Assembly (NCBI GenBank): GCA_016788905.1
Contig: JAEURZ010000014.1
Location: 14,707-78,706 of the forward strand
DNA length: 64,000 nucleotides
Reading direction: 5' to 3'
DNA from: Elusimicrobiota bacterium
GTDB taxonomy: Bacteria > Elusimicrobiota > Elusimicrobia > FEN-1173
The position numbers were made by a program, and so were the translations under genes. The notes under the pieces are model-generated. The model had not been told where the DNA came from. It saw only the letters and a list, made by a program, of their open reading frames with translations, and did no database searches. Each line of letters begins with the position of its first letter. Position 1 is the stretch's first letter. Positions 39,606 through 49,320 of the stretch are shown piece after piece.

Positions 39606-40354
39606 AGAAAAAGAAGTCCGTGAAAGCCGTGTTCTTTGATGCAGGGAACACACTTCTTCGCCCCTTCCCTTCCGTGGGACACATCTACGCGAAAACGGCA
39701 GGACGGCATGGGGTTCGAATCACTGTAGCGGGAGTGGAAGAACGATTTCAGGCCGCCTGGCGAGACCGTCACAGCCCGCACCATTTAAAAAGCGACCAGG
39801 CGGACAAATCCTGGTGGCGTGTGTTGGTCCACCGAGTGATGGGGTCTCACTTCAGTGAAAACAAGTTCCACCGCTATTTTGAAGACTTGTATCATCGTTT
39901 TGCCCATCCTCAAAACTGGCGGTTATTCCCCGATGCGCTCCCCACACTCCGAGCCCTTCGCCAAAAGAATTTTTCCTTGGGGATCGTTTCCAATTGGGAT
40001 TCCCGGTTGCTGGTGTTAAGTGAACGCATCGGATTAACAAATGAAGTGGCTTTCGTTCTCGCCTCCGCTGTCGAAGGCGTTGCCAAACCCGATAAGAAAC
40101 TCTTCCAAAAAGCGTTAAAACAGGCGCGAGTTTCCGCGCCTGAGGCCCTTCATGTGGGAGACAGCTTCAAGGAAGATTATGAGGGAGCCACAAAGGCTGG
40201 CCTTCGCGCCCTCCTTTTAGACCGCCAGGGCGTTCCCCTGAAAGGGGTCACCACCATCCGATCGCTCAAAGAAGTCCTTTCCCATGCCACAGAAAGGATC
40301 ACTCCCTCTAAAAAAAGGCCGGTTGAAGGAAAACCCCAGTCGACAAGGAATTGA
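39602..40354 (+). CDS. HAD-superfamily hydrolase (subfamily IA)
   Basis: Motif I FFDAGNTL, later motifs (GIVSNW, VGDS); ATGA overlap with mazG. Confidence 0.75.
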   Translation: MKKKKSVKAVFFDAGNTLLRPFPSVGHIYAKTAGRHGVRITVAGVEERFQAAWRDRHSPHHLKSDQADKSWWRVLVHRVMGSHFSENKFHRYFEDLYHRFAHPQNWRLFPDALPTLRALRQKNFSLGIVSNWDSRLLVLSERIGLTNEVAFVLASAVEGVAKPDKKLFQKALKQARVSAPEALHVGDSFKEDYEGATKAGLRALLLDRQGVPLKGVTTIRSLKEVLSHATERITPSKKRPVEGKPQSTRN

Positions 40355-41018
40355 TTAACGTTTCCACCCCATTATTTGCGGCGAGGTGAGGGAGAACTTT
40401 TAAGTTCCCCTGATAAAGGCGGCCCCAGGACGTTACCCGCAAAGCCCCCCCCACGAGTTTTTGGCCCTTCCACAGAATGTCATCCTGAGAAAATTCTTGA
40501 TAACAGGCGCCTGGAAGGCTCTTTCTTTGTTTCTCGACATGGTGGAGGGAGACCTCCACTCCCACAGAGCGTAACTCATTCGCAATCGCTTCATGGAACA
40601 AGCGGTAAACGTTCTTGATGCAAGGCGGAAGGGTGGAATGGTCCCGCCGCCACGCAATGGAAAAACTGAGATCCGTATCATGGAATACCATCCCTCCACC
40701 CGTGGGCCGTTGAACCACCGCCTTAGCCCCCGAAATAGCCGCGAAAGCCTCCGCCCCCGCCCGCGATTGAAGGCGTCCGTAGGTTACGGTGGGTTCCCGC
40801 CATTTGTAGAAACGGACGGCTGGGAATGATTGCGTATTACGTTGTGATTCAAATGTTTCCATGTCACGCCGCATATTTTCTTCCCCACCCAATGGCCCAT
40901 CCAAAGTCAAACCCCATGGACTGGGCTGAATTATAAATTGGGAGCAAGGAGAAACCGGGTCCGCAGGAGTGAAACTGTTCATGGAACCATTCTCGCTTTT
41001 CCTGAAAACTTCGTCCAA
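40308..41018 (-). CDS. Lipoate/octanoyl-protein ligase family (BPL/LPL catalytic domain; LipB/LipM-like)
   Basis: RPTGGGMVFHD motif and conserved lysine context (WKGQKLVGGA); start may be the internal Met (MRRDMET). Confidence 0.6.
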   Translation of the reverse strand: MDEVFRKSENGSMNSFTPADPVSPCSQFIIQPSPWGLTLDGPLGGEENMRRDMETFESQRNTQSFPAVRFYKWREPTVTYGRLQSRAGAEAFAAISGAKAVVQRPTGGGMVFHDTDLSFSIAWRRDHSTLPPCIKNVYRLFHEAIANELRSVGVEVSLHHVEKQRKSLPGACYQEFSQDDILWKGQKLVGGALRVTSWGRLYQGNLKVLPHLAANNGVETLINSLSTGVFLQPAFF

Positions 41019-41160
41019 TGACTCATTTTTTTAATGTTAATTTGACGAAAATGGAACTATATATTATAATTATCGACGGTGAATCGAACATCTATCCCTT
41101 GTTGGTTGGCTTTGTTGTGCATCGGCATGTCCACCCCCCCTGCGGAAAATCTACCTATCT

Positions 41161-42894
41161 TTGCCGTTCGAGGAGATCCTCTTGAATTCTAGAAAAGTTT
41201 TGTTGACCAGCGTCTGTCGTCCCTTTGGAACGGAATACGGGGACGCCGATTCCGTTGGGTATGAGCTTCTTCACAAACAGATCACACGAGCCCAGGGACT
41301 CTTCAGCCCCCGCGCGGTCCAGGTCCAGTATGGACTGGAATATATTGCGGCGAACCTGGAAACCCCCACTGTCGTTCTCCAATATCCTTCTCGTCGCGAA
41401 CTCATTCGCGAATTGAAGAAGGGTTACGATTACGTGGGCGTTTCGTTCATCATGGCACTCTTTCATAAAATGAAAGACGCCGTGGCCCTGATTCGCCGAT
41501 ATTCACCCCACAGCAAAATTATTCTGGGAGGATACGGCACGGTTCTTTCCGATGACGTATTGGCCCCCTTTGGGGACTATTTCTGTCGGGAAGAAGGGGT
41601 CACATTCTTCCGGCGTTTGTTGGGCGAAACACCGATCCCCAAACCCTATAAGCACCCCATGATTCACAGCGATCTCAAAATATTTTCCACACAAGCGTCT
41701 CGCACAGGGAAAATTTTTGCGGGGTTGGGTTGCCCGAACGGATGCGATTTTTGTTGCACCTCCCATTTCTTTAAGCGACGCCATGTGAAGTTGTTGCCCA
41801 CGGGGAAAGACATTTTTTCCGTGGCGGAGAAATTTCTCGACATGGATCCTTCAACCGTTTTCATTATTTTCGATGAAGACTTTCTTTTGAACAAAACCCG
41901 GGCCTTGGAATTCCGCGACTGCGTGAAACGAAGCGGGCGACTGCCCTCCCTGTTCGTTTTTTCCAGCATCAAGGCCATCAGCCAATACACGGTGGAAGAA
42001 ATCTTGGAAATGGGCATTGATGGCTTCTGGGTCGGTTACGAAGGGACGAAATCCGGCTACAATAAACAACAGGGACGACCTGTGGAAGACATCTTCACTG
42101 AATTCCGCGAACACGGCATCACGATCCTCGCTTCTATGATCGTTGGGTTTGATTACCAAAACCATGAGGTGGTGGCCAAGGAACTGGATGGTCTGATGAA
42201 TTTAAAACCGTCCTTGACACAGATTCTCATTTACGGGCCCGTGCCCAGCACGCCTTTCTACGATCGCATTATGGAACAGAACCTGCTTCGCGACGATTAC
42301 CGAGGCGAACCGGAGAAGTTCTATAAACGAGCCGACGGGTTTACCACCATGATCAAACACCCCACTCTTTCCCCCGCTCAGATCGAAGGGATTCAACGGT
42401 GGTGTTACGACGAGGACTTTCGTCGATTGGGGCCCAGCATTTTCCGTGTGATTGAATCGTGGGTTTTGGGGTACCACAAACTCAAGGATTCAACCAACCC
42501 ACTCCTGCGGGCCAAGGCGCGTTTTTACGCCAAGGAGATTCGTAAATCTTACCCGATCTTCTTGGCTGGACGGCTGTTGGGGCCAAACCCAGCGATTCGG
42601 CAATGGATCAAGGAATTGGAAACCCAATCCCATCACGCCGCCGGCCGTCCTTCCCTGAAGGAACGGGTCTTGTCTCTTTTTGCTTTGGGCATGGCCCTGT
42701 GGACTGGCTTTACTTTAAAATTCAATCTCTTCCAACACCCCTCCCTGCACCGAACAGCCTACCGTATGCCTGGGGAAAAGCAATCCATTCCGCTTTGGGA
42801 AAAACCTCTTGTGGAGGACTCTCTACACACAACAGACGTCTGCACCAACGAACCGGCGGAACCCGTGGAAGTCGGCTCTGGTCTGGAGAAATAG
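41161..42894 (+). CDS. B12-binding-domain radical SAM protein (class B), TTG start
   Basis: CPNGCDFCC radical-SAM CxxxCxxC preceded by a Rossmann-like B12-binding N-domain; 577 aa. Confidence 0.7.
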   Translation: MPFEEILLNSRKVLLTSVCRPFGTEYGDADSVGYELLHKQITRAQGLFSPRAVQVQYGLEYIAANLETPTVVLQYPSRRELIRELKKGYDYVGVSFIMALFHKMKDAVALIRRYSPHSKIILGGYGTVLSDDVLAPFGDYFCREEGVTFFRRLLGETPIPKPYKHPMIHSDLKIFSTQASRTGKIFAGLGCPNGCDFCCTSHFFKRRHVKLLPTGKDIFSVAEKFLDMDPSTVFIIFDEDFLLNKTRALEFRDCVKRSGRLPSLFVFSSIKAISQYTVEEILEMGIDGFWVGYEGTKSGYNKQQGRPVEDIFTEFREHGITILASMIVGFDYQNHEVVAKELDGLMNLKPSLTQILIYGPVPSTPFYDRIMEQNLLRDDYRGEPEKFYKRADGFTTMIKHPTLSPAQIEGIQRWCYDEDFRRLGPSIFRVIESWVLGYHKLKDSTNPLLRAKARFYAKEIRKSYPIFLAGRLLGPNPAIRQWIKELETQSHHAAGRPSLKERVLSLFALGMALWTGFTLKFNLFQHPSLHRTAYRMPGEKQSIPLWEKPLVEDSLHTTDVCTNEPAEPVEVGSGLEK

Positions 42895-42900
42895 CGGCTC

Positions 42901-43287
42901 ATGATGGAAACGTCTCCACTCCTTTTTATTCTGGTGGGAGGGTTGGCGGGAGTGGTTTCAGGTTTTTTGGGTGTGGGAGGCGGAATTGTTATTGTTCCCG
43001 CGCTCGTGTATTTCGCCGGGTTTGGTCAACTGAGAGCCACGGGGACCAGCCTGGCCATTCTGCTCCTTCCCGTGGGGTTCGGCGCGGTGATGGAATACTA
43101 TCGACACGGCAACGTGGACGTCCGCGGCGCGGCCTTTGGTGCCGTGGCCCTTTTTTTCGGCGCCTGGCTCAGCAGCCGTTTGGCCCAACGCATGAACCCC
43201 GCCTATCTCAAAATCGCTTTCGGCGTTGTCGTCATGGTCCTGGGCGCCTACATGATCCTCAGCACCTACTCCCGCCTCCGAAAATAA
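42901..43287 (+). CDS. Half-size TauE/SafE (DUF81) family membrane protein
   Basis: GxxGxGGG motif (GFLGVGGGIVIVP), ~4 TM segments, 128 aa. Confidence 0.6.
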   Translation: MMETSPLLFILVGGLAGVVSGFLGVGGGIVIVPALVYFAGFGQLRATGTSLAILLLPVGFGAVMEYYRHGNVDVRGAAFGAVALFFGAWLSSRLAQRMNPAYLKIAFGVVVMVLGAYMILSTYSRLRK

Positions 43288-43300
43288 CCCCAGAATCCCC
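43286..43300. repeat. Copy 1 of short dispersed repeat AACCCCAGAATCCCC (followed by GTTGA)
   Basis: Seen directly; near-identical copies at 43641-43654 and 54806-54820. Confidence 0.6.
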
Positions 43301-43363
43301 GCCGTTGACGTAAAATCGTTTTAATTATTGGCATGACATAGTAAAGTTTGTATTTACTATATC

Positions 43364-43810
43364 ATGTACAGAAGAGCCATGACATTTCACGAATTAGTGA
43401 AGAACTCCTGCTTTCTTTGGGGTCCCCGCCAAACAGGGAAGTCCACGTTGCTTCAGCAGAAATTCCCTAAAGCCTTGGTTTTTGATTTTCTCTTCTCCAG
43501 GAACGTGGAGAGATTGACTGCGGCACCTGACTCCTTCCGACAAGAATGTCTCCAACACAAGTCCACGGGCCATCCGGTCGTGATCGATGAAGTTCAACGG
43601 CTCACGGGTTTTCTCAACGACGTCCAGTGGCTGATCGTTAACCCAGAATCCCCAGTTGAGCGCGAGGACCGGCCAGGCTCAGAGAGCCTGGCACCTGGGG
43701 CGGCAGAGCCGCTGATGCGAGACGGAAAAAGCGGGCTTTTTTACGAACAAAAAAGTGCAGGTCGTAGGCCGCTCCCACGCGGGCCATTCCCCCTTGGCAT
43801 TCCTGGCTAG
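43364..43810 (+). pseudogene. N-terminal fragment of a DUF4143-type AAA ATPase (Walker A through Walker B only)
   Basis: GPRQTGKSTLL Walker A and VIDEVQ Walker B; family similarity stops at ~aa 95 (LIVNPESP) exactly at a copy of the ACCCAGAATCCCC repeat; remaining 50 aa low-complexity. Confidence 0.6.
43641..43654. repeat. Copy 2 of ACCCAGAATCCCC repeat, at the truncation point of the ATPase fragment
   Basis: TAACCCAGAATCCCCAGTTGAG vs TAACCCCAGAATCCCCGCCGTTGACG at copy 1. Confidence 0.6.
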
Positions 43811-44076
43811 CGCCGTCACACTTCCGCTCGCGCGGTCGCGGGGACTACGGACAAACTTTTTTGGGAAGGAAAAAGGTCCGGATTTTTCGTCGAATCCCGC
43901 GATCCAACTGAAGATTTCGGGTTAAATGAAACACCGTGTTTTTTCAAATTTGAAATGTCTTTTATTCGGTCCCATTCAACTCGAGCGGCATAGGGATATT
44001 ATAGCAAGGCCATTAACGAAACGGACTCAATTTTTGGGTTCGGCGAATTAAAGAAACATCTCCTATCCTGGATTGA

Positions 44077-45537
44077 TTATGGGCGGTAGCGTAGGCGGGG
44101 TTCTCGGGCGGCTTTGACTTCGTCTAGCCGGCGGACGGGGGTGGTGTGGGGGGCCGCTTTTACATGGTCCGGGTTGGATTTGGATTCTTCGATGATGGTC
44201 TTTAATGTTTCCACAAAGTGGTCGAGGGTTTCCTTGGTCTCATTTTCGGTGGGTTCGATCATCATGGCTTCCGGGACGATCAATGGGAAATAGATCGTGG
44301 GGGCGTAATACCCATAATCCAACAGCCGTTTGGCCACGTCCAAGGTTCGGACACCCGGACCGAAAGCGCCTTCCCCGGACACCACCACTTCATGCATGCA
44401 AGCGCCCGCGGGCATTTTGGGGAAGAGCGGGGTCAGTTTTGTCTTCAGATAGTTGGCGGCCAAAATGGCGTTTTCACTGATCTCTAAAAGCCCTTCGGCG
44501 CCCTGCAACCGCATGTAGGCGTAGGCCCGGATCAGAACACCCACATTTCCTTGAAAACCATGAACCCGCCCAATGGTGTTGACCCGATCAAACCGCCGTC
44601 GGTAAACACCTTTTTCCAACGCCACCCGCGGAACGGGGAGGAAGGGTTCCAATTCTTTTTTCACACCCACGGGTCCTGCCCCGGGCCCGCCACCGCCGTG
44701 GGGCGTGGCAAAGGTTTTGTGCAGGTTCACATGCAAAACGTCGACCCCGAGGTCTCCCGGGCGGACGAGACCCACCAGGGCGTTCAGGTTCGCCCCATCC
44801 ATATACATGAGGGCTCCCGCTTCATGGATTTTTTTTGCGATTTCCTGAATACGTGGTTCGAAAAGGCCCAGCGTGCTGGGGATGGTCATCATGACCAAGG
44901 CCACGTCTTTGGTCAGTTTTTTATAAAGATCCTCCACATCCACCTGTCCGTCTGGAGTGGACTTGACCGTCACCGAGGTAAGTCCTGCCACCGCCACACT
45001 GGCCGGGTTCGTTCCGTGAGCGGAATCCGGAATGAGAACCACCGGCCGTTTTTCGCCTCGATGCTCGTGGTAAGCCCGCGCCACCAAAATACCCGTCAGT
45101 TCACCCTGGGCCCCCGCGGAAGGCTGGAGGGTAAAAGCGTCCATCCCACAAATTTCACACAGCCACCGTTCCACTTCAAAGAGGATTTCCAAAATCCCCT
45201 GACTGAGCTCATGGGGGCGGAGGGGGTGAAGCCCCGCAAAGTCCGGGATCTGGACGATGCGGTCGTTTACTTTTGGGTTGTGTTTCATGGTGCAGGATCC
45301 TAGAGGGTAAAAATTTGTGTCAATAGAGAAATTTAAATGGGAGAGTCGCGTGAAATGTCGAACCACTTGAGGCTCCGACAGTTCGGGAAACGGCGCGGGT
45401 TCCTGACGGATCAGATCCGCGGGGATGTCTTTTTCCACAGGGACAACCGGAACATCGCACACCGGCCAGGAAAGTCCCTGACGCCCCGGCGCGCTTTTTT
45501 CAAAGAGGAGAGGTTCCACCACTTTTTCCACCGTCAT
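44077..45537 (-). CDS. gcvPB: Glycine dehydrogenase (decarboxylating) subunit 2 GcvPB
   Basis: PLP-lysine region and overall P-protein C-terminal half; start at the internal Met overlapping the gcvPA stop by 4 nt. Confidence 0.85.
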   Translation of the reverse strand: MTVEKVVEPLLFEKSAPGRQGLSWPVCDVPVVPVEKDIPADLIRQEPAPFPELSEPQVVRHFTRLSHLNFSIDTNFYPLGSCTMKHNPKVNDRIVQIPDFAGLHPLRPHELSQGILEILFEVERWLCEICGMDAFTLQPSAGAQGELTGILVARAYHEHRGEKRPVVLIPDSAHGTNPASVAVAGLTSVTVKSTPDGQVDVEDLYKKLTKDVALVMMTIPSTLGLFEPRIQEIAKKIHEAGALMYMDGANLNALVGLVRPGDLGVDVLHVNLHKTFATPHGGGGPGAGPVGVKKELEPFLPVPRVALEKGVYRRRFDRVNTIGRVHGFQGNVGVLIRAYAYMRLQGAEGLLEISENAILAANYLKTKLTPLFPKMPAGACMHEVVVSGEGAFGPGVRTLDVAKRLLDYGYYAPTIYFPLIVPEAMMIEPTENETKETLDHFVETLKTIIEESKSNPDHVKAAPHTTPVRRLDEVKAAREPRLRYRP

Positions 45538-46862
45538 CGGACCGCCTCGGCCAACAGCGCCCCGAACTGGTCGATGTCCGCCTTCGTTTTTATTTCGGTC
45601 ACACAAACCAACATCTGATCCGCCCGATCGGGGTAATACCCCCCCAAGGGAAGACCAGCCAACACACGCTTCTCCTCCAACTTCTTCACAATTTTTTCAG
45701 GAGATTGAGGGCAGCGAACCACAAACTCGTTAAAGAACGGGTGGGAGAAAACCAGTGGGAATCCATTCTTGGAAAGGACAGTTGCGGCGTGGTGCGCCTT
45801 TTGAAAATTAAGATTTGCCAAATCCACAAACCCTTTTTTTCCAAGGAGTGCCATGTGGATCGTGGACGCCAACGCGCAAAGGGCTTGGTTGGTGCAAATA
45901 TTGGACGTCGCCTTGTCGCGGCGGATATGCTGTTCCCGTGCCTGAAGTGTCAGCACAAAAGCGCGTTTTCCGTCAGCGTCCACGGTTTGACCGACCACGC
46001 GACCGGGCATTTTCCGAAGGAGTTCTTCCTTACACGCGAAGAATCCCAGATAGGGACCACCGTATCCCAATGGAAGACCTAAAGATTGTCCTTCCGCCAC
46101 CGCCATGTCCGCCCCGTAATCCCCAGGGGGAACGATCAGTCCCAATGAGACGGGATAGGTTGACGCCACCAACAGTCCACCGGCCCCATGAACCTGGTTG
46201 GATAATTCTCTCACGTGGATTTCTAAATTCCCGAAAAAATTGGGGTTCTGCACAAGCAGGGCCGCGGTGTTGGAACCCAGATGCTTTTGAAGCTCTGTCG
46301 GTTCAAGAATCCCTTGAGGACAAGGCACCCGCACCACCCGGGCCCCGCTGTGAGCCAAATAGGTCTGGATCACCTGGAGCGTCTGGGGATGGACCGTTTC
46401 CGGCACTAAAATTTCTCCCCGTCCCGTATGTTTGGCCGCCACCAGACAGGCCTCGGCCGCCGCGCTGGCCCCATCGTACATGGAAGCGTTGGCCACATCC
46501 ATTTTGAAGAGATCACAAAGAAGACTTTGAAATTCAAAAATGGATTGAAGCGTGCCCTGACTGGCCTCCGCTTGGTAAGGCGTGTAAGCCGTGGCGAACT
46601 CTCCCCGCAACGCCAAGGCCCACACCGACGTCGGGACAAAATGTTCGTAAGCCCCCGCCCCCAAATAGGATTGGGCCAAATGGTCCCGAGCCGCCAACTC
46701 TTCCATGTGACGGACCAGCTCCATTTCGCTCAGAGATCCGGGAAGGTTCAGCCGAGGACGGACCAAGGCCTTCGGAAGCGCCGCAATTAATTCGTCGAAC
46801 CGCGCCGCCCCAAGGGCCGCGAGCATTTCTTTTTTATGGTCGTCCGTATGTGGGATAAACAT
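45534..46862 (-). CDS. gcvPA: Glycine dehydrogenase (decarboxylating) subunit 1 GcvPA
   Basis: MFIPHTDDHKKEMLAALG... N-terminal P-protein half; 442 aa. Confidence 0.85.
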   Translation of the reverse strand: MFIPHTDDHKKEMLAALGAARFDELIAALPKALVRPRLNLPGSLSEMELVRHMEELAARDHLAQSYLGAGAYEHFVPTSVWALALRGEFATAYTPYQAEASQGTLQSIFEFQSLLCDLFKMDVANASMYDGASAAAEACLVAAKHTGRGEILVPETVHPQTLQVIQTYLAHSGARVVRVPCPQGILEPTELQKHLGSNTAALLVQNPNFFGNLEIHVRELSNQVHGAGGLLVASTYPVSLGLIVPPGDYGADMAVAEGQSLGLPLGYGGPYLGFFACKEELLRKMPGRVVGQTVDADGKRAFVLTLQAREQHIRRDKATSNICTNQALCALASTIHMALLGKKGFVDLANLNFQKAHHAATVLSKNGFPLVFSHPFFNEFVVRCPQSPEKIVKKLEEKRVLAGLPLGGYYPDRADQMLVCVTEIKTKADIDQFGALLAEAVR

Positions 46863-46909
46863 GGTTTGTTCTCATTGAGCCCCGAGGGGGAAAGGGCAAA
46901 TTTTAACTC

Positions 46910-47281
46910 TTATTTGGCTTTAATAAAGCTTTCGTATTGATCGTACGTCATTAATTTTTCTCGGTCAGCGGGAGAAGCCATCTGGATTTTGTAGAGCCAT
47001 CCATCCCCGTACGGCGATTGGTTGAGAAGAGCGGGGTTCTTCGTCGTCTCTGTGTTCACCGCCGCGACCGTTCCGGCGACAGGGGCGTAAATATCAAAGG
47101 CGGCTTTAACCGATTCCACCACGGCGCACGCCTCCTCCCCCTTAACGGAACGACCGACTTTAGGAAGTTCCACAAAAACCACGTCCGTGATTTCGTGCTG
47201 GGCGTGGTCGGAGATTCCCACTGCGCCATCGGGGGAAATCCATTCGTGTGACTTGGTGAAACGAAGATCTTTGGGGTCCAT
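46910..47281 (-). CDS. gcvH: Glycine cleavage system H protein (lipoyl carrier)
   Basis: ESVKAAFDIYAPV lipoyl-lysine motif; 123 aa. Confidence 0.9.
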   Translation of the reverse strand: MDPKDLRFTKSHEWISPDGAVGISDHAQHEITDVVFVELPKVGRSVKGEEACAVVESVKAAFDIYAPVAGTVAAVNTETTKNPALLNQSPYGDGWLYKIQMASPADREKLMTYDQYESFIKAK

Positions 47282-47290
47282 GGTTACCTC

Positions 47291-48427
47291 TCAGTTCGTT
47301 ATGGGGAGCACTGATTTACGGTAGAACGGCAACGCCGCTCGATCCGCCGGAACAGCCCGCCCGTGAATTCGAATCGTCCACTCGGGATTGGTTTCGGCCG
47401 TTGGGGGCAACAACCCGATGTCCACGTATCCCATCCCAATCCCCGCCCCCAGTGTGGGTGAAAACGTTCCGCTGGTGACATATCCCACCGGGTCTCCCGC
47501 AAAACAGATCTCACATTTTTCCCGGGGGACGCCTCTCTCCTGAAGTTGAAAACCCATCAGTCGGCGACGCGACCCCCCTTCCTTTTCCTTGACCAAAGCC
47601 CCGCGCCCCACAAAAAATGGCTTTTCCAGTTTGACCGCCCATCCCAACCCGGCTTCCAAGGGCGAATGGGTGTCATCGAGTTCGTGACCGTAAAGCCGGT
47701 ACCCCATTTCCAATCGCAAGGTGTCCCGGGCCCCCAACCCACAGTTAACGAGCCCCAGAGGTTTCCCCTCTTTCATAAGGAACTCATACACCGGGAACAA
47801 ATGCCCGGCCGGCCCAAAGAGTTCAAAACCGTCTTCCCCCGTGTATCCGGTTCGAGCCACAACAACCTCCATATCCATGAGGGGAATTTCGGCCACACCG
47901 TTTTTTTTCAACCCACAGGCCTCTTTCGATATTTTAGCCATGACTTCGCTCGCCGCGGGGCCCTGAACCGCCAACGCCGCCGGCTGGGGTTGTTCCGTCA
48001 TCTTCGTGTCCAGCCCCAAACGCGGGCGGATCCATTCCTCATCCACCGATACGCGAGACGCGTTGACGATAAGCAAATAGCGTTGAGGGTCTAAGCAGTA
48101 AACATACAGATCGTCCACCACCATCCCCTCTTCATTGCAAAGAAGTGCGTAGAGACCGCGTTGGGCGGGAAGGCCTCCGATATCATTGGTCAGAAGTTTC
48201 TGCAAACTTTCCTGGGCACCGGGCCCCGTGACCCACAGCTGGCCCATATGGGAGATGTCGAAAATACCGGCCCGTTCCCGAACGGCCCGATGCTCGGCCA
48301 TGACACTTTCAAATTGAACGGGCATTTCCCACCCAGCAAAGGGAACGAGGCGTGCGCCGTTTTGTTGATGTCGAAAATGGAACGGAGTTCGTCGGAGCGC
48401 GGGGGTGACGGACAGGGATTCGTTCAC
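47291..48427 (-). CDS. gcvT: Aminomethyltransferase (glycine cleavage T protein)
   Basis: VPFAGWEMPVQF and C-terminal barrel motifs; 378 aa. Confidence 0.85.
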   Translation of the reverse strand: MNESLSVTPALRRTPFHFRHQQNGARLVPFAGWEMPVQFESVMAEHRAVRERAGIFDISHMGQLWVTGPGAQESLQKLLTNDIGGLPAQRGLYALLCNEEGMVVDDLYVYCLDPQRYLLIVNASRVSVDEEWIRPRLGLDTKMTEQPQPAALAVQGPAASEVMAKISKEACGLKKNGVAEIPLMDMEVVVARTGYTGEDGFELFGPAGHLFPVYEFLMKEGKPLGLVNCGLGARDTLRLEMGYRLYGHELDDTHSPLEAGLGWAVKLEKPFFVGRGALVKEKEGGSRRRLMGFQLQERGVPREKCEICFAGDPVGYVTSGTFSPTLGAGIGMGYVDIGLLPPTAETNPEWTIRIHGRAVPADRAALPFYRKSVLPITN

Positions 48428-49320
48428 GATCGCACCATTTCGTCGGCGTGATAGGAACTCCGGACCCGAGGCCCGGCCATCACACGTTCAAAATATTTTT
48501 TAGCCTGCACGTTGAGCACTAGAAACTCCTCCGGTGTGTAAAAACGAACCACGGGCAAATGGTCGAAACTGGGGGGAAGGTATTGGCCCATGGTGAAAGA
48601 CCGGACACCCGCCTGGGCCAGGTCCTGAAACGTTTCGTTCAGTTCCGCCTCGCTCTCTCCCAACCCCACCATGAGACCCGATTTCGTGTGGAGCCCCGCG
48701 CGAGCGGACCGGGAAAGGACCGACAACGAACAATCGTACGTCGCCCGCGCGCGAACCCGGGGGGTTAACCGACGAACCGTTTCCATGTTGTGGTTAAAAA
48801 TATCCGGACCTTCACGGAAAACCAAATCTAGCAAATCCGGTCGCCCCTGGAAATCCGGCACCAAAACTTCGATGGTGAGGGAGGGGATCCCCAACCGCAG
48901 GGCCCGGACACAGGCCGCGAACTGAGTGGCCCCTTGATCCGAAAGGTCGTCCCGGGCCGGGGACGTGATGACCACGTGGCGCAAATTTAATTGACGGGCG
49001 GCTTCGACCAGATGGCCAGGTTCCTCCCCGTCCACAGGACCCGGCCGACCCGTGGCCTCCGCGCAAAACCCGCAACGGCGCGTGCAGGTGGACCCCAGAA
49101 TTTGAAAAGCCAAGGTTCCCCGAGCCCAACACTCCGTTCGGTTGGGACAGAGAGCCTGCTCACACACCGTGGGAAGTTTCGTTCCCTTGAGAACGTCCCT
49201 GACGTTAAACAACGTTTCCCCTTGGGGAACAACGCCCTTCATGAAAGCCGGAAGTCTCGGACGCCAGGCGAGAGGTGTTTCGCGTTGTTCCTTCAGAAAA
49301 ACAGGCCCGGCCCCGCTCAT
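48424..49320 (-). CDS. lipA: Lipoyl synthase LipA (radical SAM)
   Basis: CEQALCPNRTEC auxiliary cluster and CTRRCGFC radical-SAM motifs. Confidence 0.9.
   Translation of the reverse strand: MSGAGPVFLKEQRETPLAWRPRLPAFMKGVVPQGETLFNVRDVLKGTKLPTVCEQALCPNRTECWARGTLAFQILGSTCTRRCGFCAEATGRPGPVDGEEPGHLVEAARQLNLRHVVITSPARDDLSDQGATQFAACVRALRLGIPSLTIEVLVPDFQGRPDLLDLVFREGPDIFNHNMETVRRLTPRVRARATYDCSLSVLSRSARAGLHTKSGLMVGLGESEAELNETFQDLAQAGVRSFTMGQYLPPSFDHLPVVRFYTPEEFLVLNVQAKKYFERVMAGPRVRSSYHADEMVRS

Noticed and set aside
43855-43900. tRNA-like or tmRNA-like 3' end (TTCGTCGAATCCCGCGATCC) in the non-coding region after the ATPase fragment
   Set aside because: Only a T-loop-like GTCGAATCC is present. No acceptor or anticodon stems could be built, so it is probably chance.
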